Of a stretch of 64,000 nt of DNA, positions 30,552-40,533 are shown piece after piece (the stretch's first letter is position 1; every line of letters starts with the position of its first letter). The notes under the pieces were generated by a model that did no database searches, had not been told where the DNA came from, and saw only the letters and a program-made list of their open reading frames with translations. The DNA comes from Polyangiaceae bacterium (GTDB lineage Bacteria; Myxococcota_A; Polyangia; Polyangiales; Polyangiaceae): NCBI GenBank assembly GCA_965222375.1, contig CBDCTZ010000016.1:2816001-2880000 (forward strand). The letters are read 5' to 3'. Both the position numbers and the translations under genes were made by a program.

Positions 30552-32579
30552 ATGGGCAACAGACTTCGACAGATTTGGATTGGCGTGGCCGCGGCGTTGC
30601 TTGTCGCCGCCTCAGGTTGTGGTGACTCCAGTTCCGATGGCGGTGGAACTGCGGCGCAGGCTGGCGTTTCGGGAGGGCAAGGGGGCTCGTCGGCCGGAGG
30701 TGCAGGAGGCTCTCCCTCTGGAGGCGCCAGCGGAGCGATCGGAACCGGCGCGGTTGGCGCCACCGGCGGCGGCGCCGGAACCGGTGCCGCCAGTTCCGGT
30801 GGCGTGGGAGCCGGGGGCGGCTCGAACGGGAGCTGCGCGGGCATTTGCAATAGCGCCAATCCCGCGCCGGGCAGCAGCCCGCCTTGTTTTTGCGACGGCA
30901 ATTGTCACGCTGCGGGTGACTGCTGCACGGACAAGGTCGCCCTCTGCGGCTCTGCCGGCACCGGAGGTGTTGGCGGCACTGGAGGTGTTGGCGGCACTGG
31001 AGGTGTCGGTGGTGGTGGCGGTTGCAGTCAGGCGACTTGCTTCAACGGCTGTTGCGACGCGGCAGGCAGTTGTCTGACGGGAAATCACCAAACCAACGCA
31101 AGCTGCGGCATGCGGGGAACCTCCTGTGTCGACTGCACGAAGTTGGGGAGCGTTTGCGGAGCGGCCAACGTGTGCTCCGAATGCAAGCCAATCTGCGTCG
31201 GCAAGAAATGTGGTGACCCCGACGGTTGCGGTGGCGTGTGCAAGCTCGATTGCCCCAACGGGAAATTCTGCGCCGTTGACAAGCTGTACCAGGTGGCTCA
31301 GTGCCTGCCCTGCAACTCGAAGACCTGCACCGGTTGCTGCACGCCAGAGGGAAAGTGCCTGTCCGGCGCGGAGCGTAGCTCCTGCGGCAAGTTTGGCGAA
31401 TCATGCAAGGACTGTGGCGCCCAGGCCTGCAACATCACCTTGTCGGGCTCGACCCTGGTCGGATCTTGTGGGCCGTGCGGTCAAAACTGCAGCGGATCCA
31501 AGTGTCGCGATGACGGATGCGGAAAGCTGTGTCCAGGAGCGACTTGCCCACAGGGGGCGGGCCCCCAAGAATGCCGTCTCGATTCCAAGGGCGAGGCCAT
31601 GTGCCAAGCCACGGATTATTGCGATCCGTTCTCATGCGCGAGTGGGTGTTGTGACTACTCCAAGAGCATTAACGGCACCTGCATGACAGGCAACCTGCCG
31701 GCTGCCTGTGGAACCTCCGCAATCAGCTGCGTCAATTGTGTTGCCAAAGGCGGAAGCTGCGACGTCAAGACGCAGACGTGCACTAACTGCACGCCAACTT
31801 GTGGGACCAACAGTTGCGGCAAAGAGGACGGCTGTGGCGGGATCTGCACCGGGAGCAAAGGAGCCGACTGCAAGCAGCCGGGCAATGACCCCAGCCTGAG
31901 CTGCAGCGAAGAGGGCAGCTGTGCCTGTTCCGGCAACGCAGAGCTACATTGCTACGATCCCGCGACCAAGAAGAACAAATGCGTCAATGCGCTGTCCGAC
32001 GTAAACAACTGCGGCGGATGTGACCGACGCTGTCCCGCTGGGGTCGCCTGCGTCGGCGGGACCTGCCAGTGTCCGCCGGGATCCTTGTTCTGCAAGGGCG
32101 GAGCGGGCCAAGCGGGTGTGTGCACGAACCTGGCGACGGACCCGCTGCATTGCGGCACCTGCGCGACCAAGTGCGCCACGGGCAGCTGCGTGGCGGGTCT
32201 ATGCAGCGCCTGCTCCGGCGGTACGACTCTATGCGGGACCGGCTGTGTCGATACCTCCAAGGACGCCAAACACTGCGGGGCGTGCAACAACGCTTGTCCT
32301 CCCGGCATCGCCTGCTCCCAGGGCAAGTGTGCGTGTCCAGGAGGTCAGACGGGCTGCTCGGGCAAGTGCGTCGACCTACAAACCGACGCCAAGAATTGCG
32401 GAGCGTGCAGCGCGTCCTGTCCGACGGGCGTCGCCTGCTCCCAGGGCAAGTGTCAGTGTCCTGGCGGCACGACATTCTGCGGCAGCACGTGCACGAATAC
32501 GAATGTTGACCCCAAACATTGCGGTGGTTGCAATGTGGTCTGCTCCAATGGCGCCTGCGTCGGGGGCAAGTGCATCTGA
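30552..32579 (+). CDS. Large Cys-rich lipoprotein (Gly linkers, somatomedin-B-like motif, Stig1-like repeats)
   Basis: ASGC lipobox, CFCDGNCHAAGDCC, GTGGVG x3, repeated D..(H/N)CG.C...C modules. Confidence 0.85.
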   Translation: MGNRLRQIWIGVAAALLVAASGCGDSSSDGGGTAAQAGVSGGQGGSSAGGAGGSPSGGASGAIGTGAVGATGGGAGTGAASSGGVGAGGGSNGSCAGICNSANPAPGSSPPCFCDGNCHAAGDCCTDKVALCGSAGTGGVGGTGGVGGTGGVGGGGGCSQATCFNGCCDAAGSCLTGNHQTNASCGMRGTSCVDCTKLGSVCGAANVCSECKPICVGKKCGDPDGCGGVCKLDCPNGKFCAVDKLYQVAQCLPCNSKTCTGCCTPEGKCLSGAERSSCGKFGESCKDCGAQACNITLSGSTLVGSCGPCGQNCSGSKCRDDGCGKLCPGATCPQGAGPQECRLDSKGEAMCQATDYCDPFSCASGCCDYSKSINGTCMTGNLPAACGTSAISCVNCVAKGGSCDVKTQTCTNCTPTCGTNSCGKEDGCGGICTGSKGADCKQPGNDPSLSCSEEGSCACSGNAELHCYDPATKKNKCVNALSDVNNCGGCDRRCPAGVACVGGTCQCPPGSLFCKGGAGQAGVCTNLATDPLHCGTCATKCATGSCVAGLCSACSGGTTLCGTGCVDTSKDAKHCGACNNACPPGIACSQGKCACPGGQTGCSGKCVDLQTDAKNCGACSASCPTGVACSQGKCQCPGGTTFCGSTCTNTNVDPKHCGGCNVVCSNGACVGGKCI

Positions 32580-32680
32580 GCCCAGGAGCAGCAAAGGGAG
32601 GCCGGCGAAGGACTCGTCGCGATCAATGCCCGCGAGCAGCTCACCAACCGCCGAGGGCGCGCCTGTGTGCCAGAGCTGCT

Positions 32681-32782
32681 GCGCCGTCCCCTAGAGGCTG
32701 AAGCACAGCTCTGTTGCCACCCCAAACCAGCCAGCTTGTTTTGTTGGAAGGCAACAGAGCTGAATTGCCGCGCCGAGAGACG
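32681..32782 (+). repeat. Dispersed palindromic repeat, copy 2
   Basis: Same stem at 32706-32762; ungapped alignment to copy 1 at offset 3160. Confidence 0.85.
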
Positions 32783-32860
32783 GCGCGCTCGCTCCCGCCC
32801 CTTGTGCGACGCATCACGAGTGCCGCGGCCCGACTCTCCGTCTTCAGATTGGACCTGAGC

Positions 32861-32887
32861 GACTTATATGCATGATACATATAAGTC
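32861..32887. promoter_or_regulatory. AT-rich perfect palindrome (10-7-10), candidate protein-binding site
   Basis: GACTTATATG-CATGATA-CATATAAGTC. Confidence 0.45.
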
Positions 32888-33116
32888 TGGCTGGGCTCCG
32901 ACTCTTTTGTTCGATTCAGAGGGAAAACAGGAAGGATGGAAGATCGGAAAGGATTGGGGTTTAGGACGCAGCCGACCGCAAAGCTCGACCTTCAGCGCGA
33001 TGCGAGGCCCAGCTCACCCTAGCGATGCCAACCACCCCTCTCTTTCTCTGCCCTTTTCCCCTCTTATGTCTTCCTGTTGACTCTTTTCTGAGTCGGCGGG
33101 CGCGCTGCTTCGAGGC

Positions 33117-34133
33117 CTACTCGGAAATGCGCAGGACGACTTTGCCGAAGTGTTTCGCGCTTGCGAGGTATTCAAGCGCCTGTCGCGTTTCCGCCAAGGG
33201 GAAGACCTTGTCGACGACGGGAGCGAGCCGGTGTTGCACCGCGGCGGCGATCAGGGCCTCGAAGCTTTCGCGGTGCCCGACCATGATGCCCTGCAGACGT
33301 ACGTTCTGCATCAACATCGGAAGCAAGTTCACATCGCTGGTATTGCCGGCCAGGACGCCGATCACGCTCACCGTCCCTCCAGGCCGTACGGCACGCAGGG
33401 ACTGGGCCAAGGTGCCGCCGCCACCGACCTCGATCACGTGATCGACGCCGTCGCCGCCTGCCAGCTCTTTCGCCTTGCGTCCCCACTCGGGAGTGGACTC
33501 GTAGTTGATGGTCTCGTCGGCGCCGAGCTCTCGAGCGCGCTCGAGCTTTGCGTCGCTCTTGCTGGTCACGATCACTCGCGCGCCGAGCAGCTTCGCGAGC
33601 TGCAGAGCGAAGATCGAGACACCGCCGGTGCCTTGGGTGAGCACGACCTGTCCGGCGGTTACGTGTCCCTGAGTGACCAGTGCGCTCCATGCGGTGACAG
33701 CGGCGCAGGGTAGGGTGGCGGCGGCTTCGTCGGACAGCTCGGTGGGGACTTTCACGAGACCGTGTTCCGAGAGCACCATTTGCTGCGTGAGGGTGCCGTG
33801 CAGCGGGCCGCCAAGGGTGGTCTTCAGGATCGCTTTGTTCGGCTGGCCTGCGATCCAGCCCTGAGCGAAGATCGGACACACCCGGTCTCCGGTTTTGACG
33901 CGAGTCACACCTTCGCCCACTTCGACGACTTCGCCGACGCCGTCGGAGCCGAGCACCAGCGGCAGGGGCTGGCGCGGGTTGTAGTGACCCTTGGCCATCA
34001 GCAGGTCGCGGTAGTTGAGGGATGCCGCACGCATCGCGATGCGCACCTGCTCCAAGCCGATGGACGCCGCGGTCCGCTCTACCAGCTTCACGTTATCCAG
34101 TCCGAACTGACCTTCGACGACGATCGCCTTCAT
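33117..34133 (-). CDS. NAD(P)-dependent MDR-family alcohol dehydrogenase/quinone reductase
   Basis: ASLNYRD, SDGVGEV, LPCAAVTAW, GTGGVS, HFGKVV. Confidence 0.92.
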   Translation of the reverse strand: MKAIVVEGQFGLDNVKLVERTAASIGLEQVRIAMRAASLNYRDLLMAKGHYNPRQPLPLVLGSDGVGEVVEVGEGVTRVKTGDRVCPIFAQGWIAGQPNKAILKTTLGGPLHGTLTQQMVLSEHGLVKVPTELSDEAAATLPCAAVTAWSALVTQGHVTAGQVVLTQGTGGVSIFALQLAKLLGARVIVTSKSDAKLERARELGADETINYESTPEWGRKAKELAGGDGVDHVIEVGGGGTLAQSLRAVRPGGTVSVIGVLAGNTSDVNLLPMLMQNVRLQGIMVGHRESFEALIAAAVQHRLAPVVDKVFPLAETRQALEYLASAKHFGKVVLRISE

Positions 34134-34252
34134 GCAGCTGAACATAGACGCTCCGTCTTCGGCAGGAAGGACAAAACTGCGGCGGGCTTTCCAGCGATTG
34201 CCAAGCAGTCAGATCCGGCTGCCCGTGCTACTTTCCGGCTCAGCTGATTTTC

Positions 34253-36650
34253 GTGCACCGACGAACACTCCCCTTCAGTGGCGCCTGGCTTGGGATCGCG
34301 GCCCTAGCGATGGTGTGCTTTTCTGCCTGTCCGTCGCCCCGAGAGCCCGAGGCGCCGGTTGGCCCGCACGAAATCTCTCGCAATGGGGTCACCGTACGCC
34401 TGATTGATCCCGGCAGCCCGGCCTGGGGGACGGGCGCGAGCAATGGCGACGCCCTGATGCAGTCCCAGAGCCTGCGCGCCGTGATCGCGTCGGCTGCGTC
34501 GCCCCGTCCCGGGGCGCTGGTCGATCTCGCCCACGGCGGCTGGGAGACGGACGCTCTCAAACAGCTCAGCGTCGTCGTATCCGTTGCAGGCAAGCCCGTG
34601 GCGCTGAAGGTGGACGCAGTGGAGTTGGATAGTCAGGGCTCGACGCCCGGTGTGCGCGTGCGCCACTCGTCCAAACATCCGGCTCTGAGCGTTGTTACCC
34701 GGTTTGGTTTGTCTCGCGACTCCGCTCGGGTCGACATCGAGTCGCGCCTGACTGCGGGGCAAGCGCTGAGTGGCGTACGCCTGGGTGACCAACTGCAGTG
34801 GTTTGGGGCGCCGCTGTTCATTCCGGGCGCCGGCTTCCTAGAAACCCCCAAGCAGGTCACTTCGCGCTGGGCGGCACTCGTCGGCGAGCAGGCCAGCTAC
34901 AGCTTGCTTTCCCGGGACCCCCTTCACTGGGATGCGGGCTCCGCCCGGGGCGAGCGCCTGCAGACCGCGTGGACCAAAGCCGCAGCCCTTGCGCGGGGGG
35001 GGGAGCTTGATCTCTCGCCGCAAACTGCTGATGGCACCGGGGGGACTGGCCGCGGTGAGTGCACGCGCCTGGGCTGAGTTGCGCGCGCCCAGTGGGCGGC
35101 TTCGGGTGGCGCTTTCGTCCATGCCCCTGTGGGCCGTGGTCGAAGTTCACCGCGCGGGCGGCGGGCTCTACTTCGCCGGCCCACCGGGGCCCAAAGGTGT
35201 GCTTTCGGTGCAGCTGCCCGTGGGGGAATACCGCGTGGTGCTGAGGGCACCGGGTGGTCGGGATGAGTTCTTCGCCAAAGTGATCGACAATCGCGATTCC
35301 TTCGCCAACTTGATCGCGCCCACGGCGTCGAAGCTGGCGTTCACGGTGACAGAGGCATCCGGCGCCTCCATTGCCGCAAGGCTGGACCTGCGTGGTGTTC
35401 CGCCAACGCCAGACCCTGACTTGGGTTCGCCCCACTATGCTGGCGGCGCCAAGACAAGCGTGTACACCGCGACGGGTCAGGGTGAGATCGCGCTACCTGC
35501 GGGACGATACTCGGTGCTGGTGTCACATGGTCCGGAGTATTCCATCGCGCGAAGCGAAGTCGTGGTCACCAAGCGCGACGGAGCCGTGTTGCGAGAGAGC
35601 CTCGAGCGTGTGATCCGCCTCGATTCTCATTTGCCTAGCGATTTTCACCTGCACGCGCTGCCCAGTGGCGACTCCCTCATTACGCTGTCGGATCGCATTG
35701 TTTCGCTGCTGGCAGAAGACGTGCGCTTCGCCGTCGCGACGGATCACAACGAGGTTACGGACTATTCGCCGACCGTGGCCGCCTCCCCGCGTCCCCAGGC
35801 CATCATGACCGAGATCGGCTGCGAAGTGACCACCAACGATTGGGGGCACTTCAATGTGTTCCCGTACCCGCTGCACGAGCCGCTGCCGGACCTGTTTGCG
35901 CCGCCAAAGAAGCTGTTCTCGGCGCTGCGTCGCGCAGCGCCTGGGGTGCTGATCCAGGTGAATCACCCACGCATGCAGCCACGGATTGGCTATTTCAATC
36001 TCGGTAGGCTCGACGCGCGCCGGGCGGTAGCGGCCAACCCGGAGTTTTCCTGGGACTTCGATACGATCGAGGTGTTCAACGGCTTCGACCTGGCCAACCC
36101 GCCCGAGGTGGAGCGCAACTTGCGCGACTGGCTTCAGCTCATGAACCGCGGCCGTCGCTACGTTGCTGTCGGCAGCAGCGACTCTCATCGCCTCGACACC
36201 CAGTTTGCGGGTTACCCCAGAACCTACGTTCGGGTGGAGGCGGACGCCTCGCGTTCGCTGTCCGCGCGGGTCGTGGCCGCGGTGAAAGCGGGCCGGGCGT
36301 TCGTGACGAACGGGCCGCTACTGGAGCTCAAGCTGGGCGATGCAGTCGTTGGCGATATGGTGACGACATCGGCCGCAGAAGTGAACGTGTCCTTGCGGGT
36401 CTTGGCGGCCCCTTGGGTTGCGGTCGACAGCGTGCAACTTTTGGTCAACGGAGTTCCGGTCGAAAGCGCGCCGGTGCCGGATGGTGGGGGCAAGACTGAG
36501 CGGCTCGTACTGAAGCGCACACTGAAAGTGAAGAAGGGGCGCAGCAGCATCATCGCCATCGCGCGGGGATCCGAGCCCCTCGTCGTGCTCAACGGGCTCG
36601 AGGCGTTGCCCTTTGCTTTCACCAACCCGGTTTTCGTCGAGCGCAAGTGA
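34253..36650 (+). pseudogene. CehA/McbA-like PHP metallohydrolase lipoprotein, frameshifted at a G9 run
   Basis: ORFs 34253-35077 and 34932-36650 join if one G is removed from 34995-35003; PHP motifs DFHLH, TDHN, GHFN, NHPR, EVFNG, SDSH. Confidence 0.75.
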
Positions 36651-36694
36651 GGCCCGGATCAGCGCCGCGGGGAGCTGGGACTGCTGTGCAGGGG

Positions 36695-39325
36695 CTAGGC
36701 AATTTTCGGAAAGGCTTCACGCTCCAAGCGCGCCAGCGCCAGGTAAGCCACCCGCACGTCGATGGGCCGCTCGCGCACTACTTGGTGAAGGTGACTGCGC
36801 AATAGGGACAAGCTGCTCTCAGGCAGTCGATCCAGGCGGTCGACGCGGGCCAGGGGTTCCAGGGCGCGAATCAATTGGTGTTCGGGTGCGGCGACGAGCC
36901 AGCGCACCGCGAGCTCTGGCGTTTCGAAGAGCCAGCGGCGCAACGCGCGCTGCACGGCTGGAGCCCCACGCTGCCAGGCGACGAGGGCGCCAGGTTCGGG
37001 TAGGCCCGGGGAAGCGTCGAGCAGGGCGCGCAGGGCGCGCAGCGGCAATGCTGTCCACAGGGCGATCTGGGAGCCGGCTGGAAGGTCGGCCAGTTGGGCT
37101 GCCAAGCTTGCGACGACTTCTTCGGACAGGCTGCCCAGCAAGGAAACGAGATCGTGATCGTCGCGCTGAAGCAGTTGCAGGAGCTGCTCTTCGGTCGCGT
37201 GCTTCCAGAGGGTGTGGGACGATTCGAGTTCAGGGTCGAGCAGAGAGCCCGAGAGCTTGGGTGCGCCCGCGAGCTTCCAGGCGGCGATCACGGATTGAGC
37301 GAACGCGGCCTCTCCGAGTGCGCTCCGGCCGGCGAGGGGCAACAGCGCGACGAAGTCTGCTGCAACCAGGGGCACGAGTGAGGACCATTGCAGCTTGCGT
37401 TCGGTTGCCAGTTCGATGGCGCGCCCGGGTAGTTGGAGCCTATGCCAGCTGCCCTTCGAATCGCATGAGCGGCCTGCGTGTCGCCTGAGCCGGTCGACCA
37501 AGGCCACGGCGGCCACGTGCAAGCCCAGGTCCTTGAAGGGGCCGTCCACGGCGCTCGCGATGGAATCCAGGAGTCGGTCTGATGGCATCGACTTGTCTGA
37601 GCCCCAAGGGTTGAGCTCGCTGGGCGGTCCTGCGCGGCGTCGACCCAATTCCAGATTCACGCTTTCCGTCAGCGCCAGCATGGCAAGGTGAAACCAGCCG
37701 TCGGCGAGGGGTGCGTCGTCTGACGCGGCGCATGCCAGTCGCGGTAAGGGCGGCTGCTCGGGCAAATCCACCCAGAGCGCGCGCGCTTCCTCCAGCAGCG
37801 CGGCAACCTGCTCGGCGTCGAAGCTGTCTTGCAAGGCGATGGCGAGCCCGACCGCGCGTGCTTCCGTTTCCAGGGCTGCCATGGCCGCAGCGCTGTCTTC
37901 CGCGCCCAAATTCGTGGTGTCCAGGCGAACCTCGCCGCTGCGGCGAGCGCGCGCCAAGCACGCGCTCATGGCTCGGCCTTGGGTCTCCGGTGCTAGCAAG
38001 GCTTCACCCCACTCGAAACCGGAGCCCTGGATGAGCTGTTCGAAGGCTTCCTGCTCTGCCACGCGCACGAGCCACTGGGGGCGCAGCACGAACTGCTCAT
38101 GGCTCGTCTTGGTCAGGATCTCGCTCGCCTGCAAAGCGCGCAGGATGCGAAACGCACCCGGAGGGACGCGGCGCGCGGCGCGTTCGACCTCTCGGGCGGA
38201 TAGACCCGCCTTTTCGTTGGTCAACGAGAGCCGCATCCAATCCAAGTCCGGACCACGGCGATGTTCTTCGGGCACGAGCTCGAGCCACTCGTCCATGCTC
38301 CGCGGCGCAGTCAGGCCGTGCCTGCCATCGGTTAGCGCACGCGCCACGAAAGGCATGAACACATCACTGACATGGCGCGCGAGCCACGCCGCGTCTTCAC
38401 TGCCCCGCTCTCTGGCTTCGAGCAGTTTGCGACGAACCTGTCGCTCGAGAAGCTGGGCGCGGGACTTGCCGATCACTTCTCGACTGCCGAACTCGTCCAG
38501 TAGCCCGCATAGCCCGAGCACGGTGCCAAAGGTGTGCTCGCGCTCTGCTATGGGTTCGAGTTGCGAAAGCCAGTCCAGAGCCGTATCCACATCGAAGTGG
38601 CCGTCGGCGGGTAGGCGCTGTGCCATCCACAACACCAGATCTGGGATGAACTGGCTTGGCGCCGGTGCGCCGATGACTTCGAAGCCGTTTTCTTGGACGA
38701 AGGCGTGGGGAATGAAGCTCGCAGCGATGCACACGCCGTCGCGGGCCCAGGGCAGGAGTAGCGCGGTGCGCACGCGCTCCGGCAGCTCCAGGTAGGCTGG
38801 ACTTCGGCCGCGCTGGGACTCGAGGGACTCACGGAACGCGAGGGCTCGGGCGGCAAGCCAGCGGCCGGCCAGAGTTCGGCCCGAGCCGCTGGGCGCGTGC
38901 CACCACAGCCGCCCCCAGCTCGAGGGCTCGCTGAGCCGACTCGGGATCCCTGGTGGCAACCCTTCGTCGAGCAGGTCCAGTGCTCGGGCGAAGCGCGCAT
39001 CGTGGAAGCGGACGCGACGCGTTGCGTCATTGTCTATGCGATGGGGTCGAGCGGCCGAGTGGAAGTCTGTCAGCCCACAGCCGAGCAGCCGCGCAAACAC
39101 GGCTCCACATTCTGGGCGCATGTTCAGCCAGTCGAGGTCGAGCTCCCGATCGAATCTGGACAGCAGCGAGGCTAACGAGCGGTGCTGCACCACGACGTCT
39201 GCTGGCCAACCCGAATCCGCCAAGGACCGTTTGGCCAGCTGGCCGAAACTGCGAATCGGGGGGCTCGCCTGATTCATGAGGTCGCGTAGCCAGCCCAAAG
39301 GACGCGCAGGATAGCATATTCCCAT
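36695..39325 (-). CDS. Large hypothetical protein with a degenerate P-loop-like motif
   Basis: 876-aa ORF (alternative start 39277); WWHAPSGSGRT; Leu/Ala-rich helical C-terminus. Confidence 0.75.
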   Translation of the reverse strand: MGICYPARPLGWLRDLMNQASPPIRSFGQLAKRSLADSGWPADVVVQHRSLASLLSRFDRELDLDWLNMRPECGAVFARLLGCGLTDFHSAARPHRIDNDATRRVRFHDARFARALDLLDEGLPPGIPSRLSEPSSWGRLWWHAPSGSGRTLAGRWLAARALAFRESLESQRGRSPAYLELPERVRTALLLPWARDGVCIAASFIPHAFVQENGFEVIGAPAPSQFIPDLVLWMAQRLPADGHFDVDTALDWLSQLEPIAEREHTFGTVLGLCGLLDEFGSREVIGKSRAQLLERQVRRKLLEARERGSEDAAWLARHVSDVFMPFVARALTDGRHGLTAPRSMDEWLELVPEEHRRGPDLDWMRLSLTNEKAGLSAREVERAARRVPPGAFRILRALQASEILTKTSHEQFVLRPQWLVRVAEQEAFEQLIQGSGFEWGEALLAPETQGRAMSACLARARRSGEVRLDTTNLGAEDSAAAMAALETEARAVGLAIALQDSFDAEQVAALLEEARALWVDLPEQPPLPRLACAASDDAPLADGWFHLAMLALTESVNLELGRRRAGPPSELNPWGSDKSMPSDRLLDSIASAVDGPFKDLGLHVAAVALVDRLRRHAGRSCDSKGSWHRLQLPGRAIELATERKLQWSSLVPLVAADFVALLPLAGRSALGEAAFAQSVIAAWKLAGAPKLSGSLLDPELESSHTLWKHATEEQLLQLLQRDDHDLVSLLGSLSEEVVASLAAQLADLPAGSQIALWTALPLRALRALLDASPGLPEPGALVAWQRGAPAVQRALRRWLFETPELAVRWLVAAPEHQLIRALEPLARVDRLDRLPESSLSLLRSHLHQVVRERPIDVRVAYLALARLEREAFPKIA

Positions 39326-39346
39326 CCAAGTTGCATTCGATACGCA

Positions 39347-39377
39347 TTATGCATCAATCTTGCAGATTGATGCATAA
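39347..39377. promoter_or_regulatory. Perfect 13-5-13 inverted repeat in an AT-rich promoter region, candidate operator
   Basis: TTATGCATCAATC-TTGCA-GATTGATGCATAA, just upstream of the 876-aa ORF. Confidence 0.6.
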
Positions 39378-39725
39378 ATAGATAATAAAAACCGATAATT
39401 AGCCCAATCTATAAGAGCAGTTACACTCGTTGTTGGTTACGGTTCTTAGGGAATAGAACTATAGGCCGGCGGGCCGATTCGTCGCGCCACCGGCTCTCGT
39501 CCACGCCCGCGCCTCCAACGGCCCATCAGCTTGGCCCCGCCGTCCCAGCGCCGTCACGGATGTCTCTTCGCCAGCCCCAAGGTAAACCCAGCTTGGTTTC
39601 GGAGCGCTGTGGTGACCGACGGAACCGCGGGGGACAGCGCTAGCTGACTGCGCAGGTGTTTCGTACGTGCGGCCCTGAGCAGATGCTGAGTAGCGGCGAA
39701 ACCACTGTCAGATCGGATTACAGCG

Positions 39726-40157
39726 TCACTGGATGGGCCGCCAGCCGCCCTCGTGCAGCTGCAGGACGTAGCGTCCGCCGGCTTCGAGGCGCAGCTTGGT
39801 GATGCGCTGCTCACGCTCGCCGTCCCGGGCAACGACTCGTACGTCGTAGCGGCCAGGTGCCGAGATCGGGACCGGTACTTTCCCACCCAGCTCGAGGCCG
39901 GAGCGGAGCAGATCGTCCCCCCAGAGTTGAGCCTGCTCTGGGGAGCCGGACTCGAAGGCCTTGCGCCCCGCCGCCGCCACGTCCTTGGATTCCGCCAAGT
40001 AGAGGTTGTTGACGATGGTCTTGGTTCGGTTCTCCACCTCGAAGCTGACCGGGCCCGACCCCTTGGGGGTGCCGAGGCTTTTTAGCTTCGAGCTGGGGCC
40101 GGAGGCGCAGGCGACTGCGAGCAGGAATGAGAGTCCGAGTAGAGTGCGGCGCTTCAC
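39726..40157 (-). CDS. Hypothetical lipoprotein
   Basis: LAVAC lipobox; VNNLYL, WGDDLL, YDVRV beta-sandwich-like motifs. Confidence 0.75.
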   Translation of the reverse strand: MKRRTLLGLSFLLAVACASGPSSKLKSLGTPKGSGPVSFEVENRTKTIVNNLYLAESKDVAAAGRKAFESGSPEQAQLWGDDLLRSGLELGGKVPVPISAPGRYDVRVVARDGEREQRITKLRLEAGGRYVLQLHEGGWRPIQ

Positions 40158-40220
40158 GCGTGCAAGACTACCCCTACGTCCCGGCTACGTTCAATGCTCC
40201 GGCCGGAGACCTGGCGATAC

Positions 40221-40409
40221 TCATAGGTTCGTTGCCATCAAAATGGCCTGAATCAACAAGATCGCGATGATCGGGAAGAGCATCCAGATGTATCGAGACT
40301 GCAGCTCCCCCCCGACCACGATCAACTCGCGGATCTCCTTGAGTAGCACGACGATTTGCTCATTGGAGTCCAGCTCCTTGGACTGCTTGTCGTTGTCCTC
40401 TTCCGTCAC
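40221..40409 (-). CDS. Small membrane protein
   Basis: 62 aa with C-terminal TM helix; GGAGG upstream. Confidence 0.55.
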   Translation of the reverse strand: MTEEDNDKQSKELDSNEQIVVLLKEIRELIVVGGELQSRYIWMLFPIIAILLIQAILMATNL

Positions 40410-40533
40410 TTCGTCCTCCGGGGTCGCCAGATCTTCTACGACTTCGCGGGATCATGCACCCTGAATCCTCTCTGCAGCAAAAAACGCACGCTTTCGGCGG
40501 AATCACGCGGAGTTAGGGGCTAGATTCCCCCGT

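Noticed and set aside
29546..32762. Integron attC sites
   Set aside because: The stem reads GTT...AAC, the opposite polarity to RYYYAAC...GTTRRRY, and no integron integrase is present.
39676..39704. Hammerhead ribozyme core
   Set aside because: CTGAGTA does not fit CUGANGA and stem II is missing.
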